A stretch of 44,125 bases of DNA, from positions 1-44,125 of the forward strand of contig JBHLLO010000019.1 in the NCBI GenBank assembly GCA_048885535.1, given 5' to 3'. This DNA is from Candidatus Hermodarchaeota archaeon (GTDB lineage Archaea > Asgardarchaeota > Lokiarchaeia > Sigyniarchaeales > SOKP01). The notes beneath the pieces are model-generated. The model made no database searches. It was given only the letters and a program-made list of their open reading frames with translations, and was not told the DNA's origin. The translations under genes were made by a program, and so were the position numbers. This document shows, piece by piece, positions 38,297 to 44,125 of this stretch. Numbering within the stretch: position 1 is the stretch's first letter; every line of letters begins with the position of its first letter.

Positions 38297-38539
38297 GTGA
38301 TTATAAAAGTGTTGGAAAATGAATCCCAAGTAATGAAAAGGATTTATGGAGTCAACATTTTGGAGGAAGATAATAGAAATTTCACAAAAAAGCAAAATAA
38401 ACCGAAAAAATTAATCGATAATATATATATTAAGGATTACATTTCTGCTAAGACCAAAAAACGAATTTTAATAGGATTTCAATTGGTAATTATAGCTGCC
38501 CATATTGCATTTTTCATACTTAGAATGTTTCACATTTAA
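38297..38539 (+). CDS. Small protein with C-terminal TM helix
   Basis: Hydrophilic N-terminus then ILIGFQLVIIAAHIAFFIL; start uncertain. Confidence 0.55.
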   Translation: MIIKVLENESQVMKRIYGVNILEEDNRNFTKKQNKPKKLIDNIYIKDYISAKTKKRILIGFQLVIIAAHIAFFILRMFHI

Positions 38540-38559
38540 GCCAACTATTACGAGGTGAT

Positions 38560-38727
38560 ATGATTATAGAAGAAAATTTGGTAGAAGAAAAAATATTAGT
38601 AGAAGATGAAATAGTTGTCTTAAAAAAAAATAATCGAGCAAAAAAAATACTTATAATCTTATTAAAGCTACTTATCCTCTTTGTCATGCCAATATTAGTA
38701 GCAATCTTGGATCATTTTGTATTTTAA
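38560..38727 (+). CDS. Small tail-anchored membrane protein, 55 aa (missed by the ORF track)
   Basis: GAGGTGA then MIIEENLVEEKILVEDEIVVLKKNNRAKKILIILLKLLILFVMPILVAILDHFVF. Confidence 0.6.
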   Translation: MIIEENLVEEKILVEDEIVVLKKNNRAKKILIILLKLLILFVMPILVAILDHFVF

Positions 38728-38748
38728 AAATAGGGATCTAATAAACTT

Positions 38749-38958
38749 ATGGAAAATTGGAAAGTTTATGCAAAAATAACATTAGCCATTATTATAGTTG
38801 GAGGTATAAGTCTAATAATATTCGCAATATTTAAACTTCCAAATATTGGATTTGATGACATTCTACTCGCAGAATTAGCTATTTTTGGACTTATTATATT
38901 CATATTTTGGATTTGGACAAAAATTTTACGGTATATCAAGCAGAGAAAGCAGAATTAA
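38749..38958 (+). CDS. Small 2-TM membrane protein
   Basis: Two hydrophobic helices and a basic tail. Confidence 0.6.
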   Translation: MENWKVYAKITLAIIIVGGISLIIFAIFKLPNIGFDDILLAELAIFGLIIFIFWIWTKILRYIKQRKQN

Positions 38959-39051
38959 TTTTAAATTCTCAAAAAATATATTGATATATTAAAATTCAAT
39001 CGATAATTAGATTATTATAGTTAATCTAATTCAAGTGAAAAAGGAATTCAA

Positions 39052-40089
39052 ATGAATAACACAGTTCTTACGTTTGGAGAAATAATGCTTAGATTATCTC
39101 CTCCATATTTCCAACGTTTCATTCAAGCTCATTCATTCAATGCTATTTATGGTGGATCAGAAGCAAATGTAGCGGTATCTCTAGCTAATTTTGGCATCCC
39201 CGTTGAATATGTAACGCGGGTACCTAGGAATGAAATTGGAGATGCGTGTCTTCATTATCTTAGGCAATTTGGTGTACAAACAAGTAGAATTATTAGAGGT
39301 GGATCCAGATTAGGTATATACTTTCTTGAAACTGGAGCCTCTGTTCGTTCTAGTAAAGTTATCTACGATCGAGAAAATTCTGCTTTCGCAACCTCTCACC
39401 CCAAGATGTTCGACTGGGATTCTCTATTTGAAGGAGTAAACTGGTTTCATTGGACAGGAATTACTCCGGCAATATCTCAGAATTTAGCAGAAATATGTAT
39501 GAATGCTTTAAAAGTAGCAAAATCTAATAATATTACAATCTCCTGTGATCTAAATTATCGAGAGAAATTATGGAATTATGGGAAGACAGCTTCAGAGGTT
39601 ATGCCTGAATTAATCAAAAACTGCGATATAATTATTTGTAATGAAGAGGATGCTGATAAAGTCCTAGGAATTAAGGCACCTAATACAGATATTACGTCTG
39701 GGTTAATAAATGCTGAAAATTATAAATATGTTGTAAGTGAAATAACTAAAATATTCCCAAATTTAAGTTATGTCGCAATTACTCTAAGGGGATCCATTTC
39801 TGCCAGCCATAACACATGGGCAGGAGTTTTATACAACAAAGATGAAATGTATATTAGCCCTCATTATGATATTACTCATATTGTAGACAGAGTGGGTGGA
39901 GGAGACTCCTTTGGGGCGGCGCTTATTTACGGTTTTTTAACTTTTGGCAATAATCTTCAGAAGATTTTGAATTTTGCTGTTGCAGCATCGTGTTTAAAAC
40001 ATACTATCTTTGGAGATTTTAACTTAGTTACTGTGGATGAGGTAATGAAGATTATCAAAGGAGATACCTCGGGGAGGGTAATGAGATAA
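39052..40089 (+). CDS. kdgK: 2-keto-3-deoxygluconate kinase-like PfkB sugar kinase
   Basis: TFGEIMLRLSP, GGSEANVAVSL, WFHWTGITPA, DLNYREKLW, IVDRVGGGDSF, LKHTI.GDFN. Confidence 0.88.
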   Translation: MNNTVLTFGEIMLRLSPPYFQRFIQAHSFNAIYGGSEANVAVSLANFGIPVEYVTRVPRNEIGDACLHYLRQFGVQTSRIIRGGSRLGIYFLETGASVRSSKVIYDRENSAFATSHPKMFDWDSLFEGVNWFHWTGITPAISQNLAEICMNALKVAKSNNITISCDLNYREKLWNYGKTASEVMPELIKNCDIIICNEEDADKVLGIKAPNTDITSGLINAENYKYVVSEITKIFPNLSYVAITLRGSISASHNTWAGVLYNKDEMYISPHYDITHIVDRVGGGDSFGAALIYGFLTFGNNLQKILNFAVAASCLKHTIFGDFNLVTVDEVMKIIKGDTSGRVMR

Positions 40090-40090
40090 T

Positions 40091-40888
40091 ATGATTGATT
40101 TAAATAAATTAATAATAACAGCTACAACAGCAAACTCATGGATTTATCCCGATTTAAAAAACTGGGCACTAACAACAGATGGATTAATAGAAGATGTTAT
40201 TAAGTGTTATGAAGCTGGGGCTGCTATTGCCCATATTCACTTACCTAGAGGAGAAGAAATTGATACTGTTAAACGAATTAGAGAAAGATGCGACATTATA
40301 ATACAAGCAGGGATGTCTAGTTATCCTATAGAAGAAAGAGCCCCAGACTTTCATGCTAAACCCGATATGCTCTCTGTTATATCAAATCATCATGCGGAAC
40401 ATTTTCCAGAAGCGAATGTAGATGTATTGCATGACATTGACGAATTGGAGCAATATTGCATTTCTTGTAAAAAATTTGGAATAAAGATCGAATGGGAAGT
40501 ATGGCATACTGGTTCATATTGGAATTTAAATTACTTAATTGAAAAAAAGTTATTAATCCCTCCCTATATATTGACTTTATTTTTCAATTGGCCAGGAGGT
40601 ACATGGTCTCCACCTACAGCAGATGAATATGTGCACCGAATTAAATATATGCCAGATAATTCTATACACACAATTAGTGTTATGGGAAAAGAACAAACCA
40701 AAATTGCAGTGTTAGCCATTCAGAATGGAGGAAATGTACGTGTTGGAACAGAAGACTTCCCATTTATAGAGGAGGGGAGACCAGCTAAAGATAACGCTGA
40801 ATTAGTACATCGGATGATTAAATTAGGTAAAGAATTAGGTCGCGATGCTGCTGATCCCTCTGAAGTAAAAAAAATGATAAGAATTTGA
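40091..40888 (+). CDS. Beta-keto acid cleavage enzyme (BKACE/Kce, DUF849)
   Basis: KLIITA, CYEAGAAIAHIH (HxH Zn site), E.EVW, GGNVRVGTED, DNAELV, GR..A.P.E. Confidence 0.88.
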   Translation: MIDLNKLIITATTANSWIYPDLKNWALTTDGLIEDVIKCYEAGAAIAHIHLPRGEEIDTVKRIRERCDIIIQAGMSSYPIEERAPDFHAKPDMLSVISNHHAEHFPEANVDVLHDIDELEQYCISCKKFGIKIEWEVWHTGSYWNLNYLIEKKLLIPPYILTLFFNWPGGTWSPPTADEYVHRIKYMPDNSIHTISVMGKEQTKIAVLAIQNGGNVRVGTEDFPFIEEGRPAKDNAELVHRMIKLGKELGRDAADPSEVKKMIRI

Positions 40889-40933
40889 GTTAATAGGTTT
40901 TAATTTATAATTATCTAAAGGTGAAATAATCTT

Positions 40934-41683
40934 ATGAAATTGAAAGGTAAAGTAGCAATTATCACAGGAGCAGGAGCCGGTATTGGAGAAGCGACTGCTC
41001 TATTATTTGCAAAAGAAGGGGCAAAAGTATGTTGTAATTCGATCTCGAAAACTGCTCTTAATGTTGTAGAAAAAATCAAACAATCTGGTGGAGATGCAAT
41101 TTTTGTGCAAGCAGATATATCTAAGGAACAAGATGCTAAAGAAATTGTGGATAAAACCGTAAGTGAATATGGAAAAATTGACATATTATTTAATAATGCT
41201 GGAATTGTTCTCGGAGGAGCTATTGATACTATCAGTACTGAAGATTGGGATAAGACAATGGCTGTAAATGTTCGCGGGATTTATTTAGTATCAAAGTTTG
41301 CTATTCCATATTTGAAACAAACCAAAGGAACTATAATTAATAACGCCTCATCAGTAGCTTTTAAAGGAGTACCTAACCGAGCAGCTTATACTGCTTCAAA
41401 AGGAGCTGTCTTGTCTATGACACGCGCAATGGCTGTTGATTATCTTGATGATGGGATTCGAGTAAATGCTATCTGCCCCGGTACAACAGATACTCCTTCT
41501 CTATCTGAAAGAATAAAAAGTAGGGGAGGTGATTATAAGAAAGTGAAACAAGAATATATTGATCGTCAACCTATGAAGCGTTTGGGACAACCTGAAGAAA
41601 TTGCTCAAGGTGTTCTATTTCTTGTATTAAATAAATTTTGTACTGGTATCAGCCTTCTCGTAGATGGAGGTATGACAATGTAA
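40934..41683 (+). CDS. SDR oxidoreductase, BDH2 / 2-keto-3-deoxy-L-fuconate-dehydrogenase-like
   Basis: TGAGAGIG, NNAG, YTASKGA, CPGTTDTPSLSERI, RQPMKRLG.PEEIA. Confidence 0.9.
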   Translation: MKLKGKVAIITGAGAGIGEATALLFAKEGAKVCCNSISKTALNVVEKIKQSGGDAIFVQADISKEQDAKEIVDKTVSEYGKIDILFNNAGIVLGGAIDTISTEDWDKTMAVNVRGIYLVSKFAIPYLKQTKGTIINNASSVAFKGVPNRAAYTASKGAVLSMTRAMAVDYLDDGIRVNAICPGTTDTPSLSERIKSRGGDYKKVKQEYIDRQPMKRLGQPEEIAQGVLFLVLNKFCTGISLLVDGGMTM

Positions 41684-41774
41684 ATAATAATCCAAGAAAA
41701 TACAATGTTTTTATACGATTTTGTTAGGTTTACACTTTAGTTAATTTTAAATAACAACCTATTTTTATTTGTTT

Positions 41775-41972
41775 ATGCCAAAATGTCCATACTGCGATGG
41801 CGAGGTTCATATTGATTCTTATTATACAAAAATGACTCTTGGATCTTTCAAATTGGAATCTCCTTCGATGGAAAGAATAGGAAATGAAACTCGTAGTCTA
41901 TTTATGTTCTTCTGTCCACATTGCGATAGAATTCTTGGATTCTCTGCCTTCAAGAAAGGAGAAAAATTTTAA
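41775..41972 (+). CDS. Small zinc-ribbon protein
   Basis: MPKCPYCD...FFCPHCDRILG, two CxxC motifs. Confidence 0.75.
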   Translation: MPKCPYCDGEVHIDSYYTKMTLGSFKLESPSMERIGNETRSLFMFFCPHCDRILGFSAFKKGEKF

Positions 41973-42028
41973 AAAAAGTATAAGTTAGTCTAGTGATGTT
42001 TAAGAGTTTTTTCAAGTTTCACTTAGGT

Positions 42029-42808
42029 CTACTGAGTAGTCCAACCACCATCGATTCTTAAATCTGCACCTGTGATGTAAGAAGAATCTTCGGTAGCTAA
42101 GAATAGAATCCCTGTGGCAATTTCCTCAGGTGTAGCCCATCTTCCCATAACGCCTTCTGCTTCAAATTCTTTTTTAACTTCATTATATGAAATCCCTCTA
42201 TCTTTTGCTTGTTTAGCTACATCACTCTGTAACATAGGTGTATCAGTAGCTCCTGGACTCACACTATTCACTCTAACATTATAAGGTGCTAAATCAAGTG
42301 CCAAAGCTCTCGTATATCCTAATACTCCTGCTTTTGTTGAGCAATAATTTGCGTGAGCAACTTGACCAATGTGGGCTGCCACAGATGCTAAAGTTATTAT
42401 AGATCCAAACTTCTGTTTTTTAAAATATGGAACCGCATATTTACAAGTATAATGAGTACCCTTAAGGTTTACATCAATAAGTAGATTATAATCTTCATCT
42501 GGAAAAGTCTCAACAGGTCCAACCTTTACAATTCCTGCGTTAACAATTAAAATGTCAACTCTACTAAACTTTTCAATAGTCATATCGATCATATTCTTAA
42601 CCTCGTCAGGCTGTCTCACATCTACTACCGTAATCTTAGTTCTTCTCTTAGCCTCATCATTAATCAGCTTGTAAGTTTCATTTAGACCTTCTTCATCTAT
42701 GTCAGAGAGCACTTGAATTGCTCCTTCATTTGCAAATAAAATTGCAGTTGCACGTCCAATACCAGATGCAGCTCCTGTTATAATAACAACTTTTTCTTTC
42801 AATCTCAT
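42029..42808 (-). CDS. SDR oxidoreductase
   Basis: TGAASGIG, VNAG, YCSTKAG, PG.TDTPM, DGGW. Confidence 0.92.
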   Translation of the reverse strand: MRLKEKVVIITGAASGIGRATAILFANEGAIQVLSDIDEEGLNETYKLINDEAKRRTKITVVDVRQPDEVKNMIDMTIEKFSRVDILIVNAGIVKVGPVETFPDEDYNLLIDVNLKGTHYTCKYAVPYFKKQKFGSIITLASVAAHIGQVAHANYCSTKAGVLGYTRALALDLAPYNVRVNSVSPGATDTPMLQSDVAKQAKDRGISYNEVKKEFEAEGVMGRWATPEEIATGILFLATEDSSYITGADLRIDGGWTTQ

Positions 42809-42816
42809 TGACTTGC

Positions 42817-43956
42817 TTAACCTCCTTTTACAATAATTTCTTTATCTAATTGAGATAAACTTTCAGTACCTTTATCTGTAATTCGGTAACAATCTTCTAC
42901 TCCTACTAATCCTTGACCTGGTACGTTAAGCCAAACTTCAAGATCAAGAACCATATTTTTCTCAAATGGGATGTCCATTGCTCCAGTTGGTCCAAATAAA
43001 TGTGCTTCTTCGCATTCTAATCCAATGCTGTGACCAGTTATGAGATAAAATCCTCTTTTTGTTAAGGATTTTAAAAAAGTCTTAGCCTCTTCTCGAAATA
43101 CTTTAGCACTGATTCTTGGCTTGATGTTATCAGCACAATATTCTTGAACTTGTATCATATAATCCATTGCTTCTTTAGCTTTTCTAGGAACTTCTCCAAT
43201 AACCACTCCCCTACTCACATCTGAGATATAACCCTCCCAGACAGCTCCAAAGTCAAAACGGATTATATTATTTTTTGTTACAGGGATTCCTAAACCCGGA
43301 GCTTCTGGATCTGACGGTCCAATATTCATAGTTAGATGATCCCAACCCCAGGCTCCTTCATCAACAATTGTTCTTCTTGCAATTTGTAATAATTTCGTAT
43401 CAGGAACATCCAATTCAGTTGCATTAATACAAGCTAATATAGCCTTTTCAGCAACCTGGGTTGATTTCTTAATTCGTCGAACTTCCTCTTCAGTTTTAAT
43501 GAGTCGCATCTCTATAAATACATTATCCGCATTTACAAAATTAGCATTGGGAAACTCTTTTCTTAGAGCCTCAGATTGATACCTTGGCATAAAAGATTCA
43601 AGTGCGATAGTTTTATTTCCTAACTCCCATTCTTTGATTTTTTTTAGCAATAATTTTATAGCAGCATCAACCGTTCCAATTCTTATTACTTCACTTGGAT
43701 CAAGCCAGGAGAATTCTTCTACGCTATTATATAAACTCCAAATCAATGCGCTTTCCTCTCCGTTTCTCCTAATTAATGATAGAAAAGGATATTGATTTGA
43801 TAATACATACAATATTGGATTCGGAGCAACGTGAGTTACTGGTATTCCAGTAGTATAAAATACATTCACTGGAGTTGATGCTATTAGAAGATCAATATCA
43901 AATTTATCTAAAATTTTTTTTGCTCGTTCTTTATCATAACCTATTGGTCTAACCAT
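42817..43956 (-). CDS. M24-family (Xaa-Pro peptidase/creatinase fold) hydrolase
   Basis: Creatinase-like N-domain, RLIKTEEE, DFG....GYISDVSR, GHSIGLE, LE, GVED. Confidence 0.88.
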   Translation of the reverse strand: MVRPIGYDKERAKKILDKFDIDLLIASTPVNVFYTTGIPVTHVAPNPILYVLSNQYPFLSLIRRNGEESALIWSLYNSVEEFSWLDPSEVIRIGTVDAAIKLLLKKIKEWELGNKTIALESFMPRYQSEALRKEFPNANFVNADNVFIEMRLIKTEEEVRRIKKSTQVAEKAILACINATELDVPDTKLLQIARRTIVDEGAWGWDHLTMNIGPSDPEAPGLGIPVTKNNIIRFDFGAVWEGYISDVSRGVVIGEVPRKAKEAMDYMIQVQEYCADNIKPRISAKVFREEAKTFLKSLTKRGFYLITGHSIGLECEEAHLFGPTGAMDIPFEKNMVLDLEVWLNVPGQGLVGVEDCYRITDKGTESLSQLDKEIIVKGG

Positions 43957-44125
43957 ATTATCCCTCGAATTTCACATATTAAATGATTAAAATATAGATT
44001 AGGTTAAAAAATTTTTACATACAAAATGAATCTCTAATATAAAATAGCATTAAATTATATAATAATCTATAAATTCATTAAATTTTTTTCAAAATTATGG
44101 AATTTGTCAAATATGGTTTAATTGG

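Noticed and set aside
1-44125. Selenoprotein UGA read-through, transposases, rRNA or tRNA genes
   Set aside because: I saw no truncated domain continuing past a TGA, no transposase or integrase motifs, and no GC-rich cloverleaf or rRNA-like segment.

Overview
AT-rich archaeal window, most likely Asgard archaea (Lokiarchaeia-like). This is inferred from eL38 plus stand-alone eL40, a thermosome subunit, SepRS, archaeal ThrRS/AspRS, a Rab-like GTPase, and longin-like and Rpn11-like JAMM proteins. Most of it is housekeeping DNA. Highlights: (1) a gene-free stretch at ~13850-14340 that looks like an unannotated ~485-nt structured ncRNA on the minus strand, with a BRE/TATA promoter, a 12-bp terminal helix, several helices whose G-U wobbles all favour the minus strand, and a U9 terminator, and which lacks RNase P/SRP/tmRNA signature motifs; (2) tandem SIR2-TPR paralogs with shuffled 120-bp repeat units and a duplicated promoter; (3) a truD whose conserved N-terminal half has no in-frame start but could be reached by a -1 shift at a T-TTA-AAA heptamer; (4) a bPH-XRE / XRE-XRE regulator pair with a perfect 18-bp palindrome and a probable CTG start; (5) a possible Bro1-like protein; (6) a KdgK-BKACE-SDR catabolic operon. 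Several small genes missed by the ORF track were added. No rRNA, tRNA, CRISPR array or transposase was seen. All calls come from reading motifs by eye; no database search was run.
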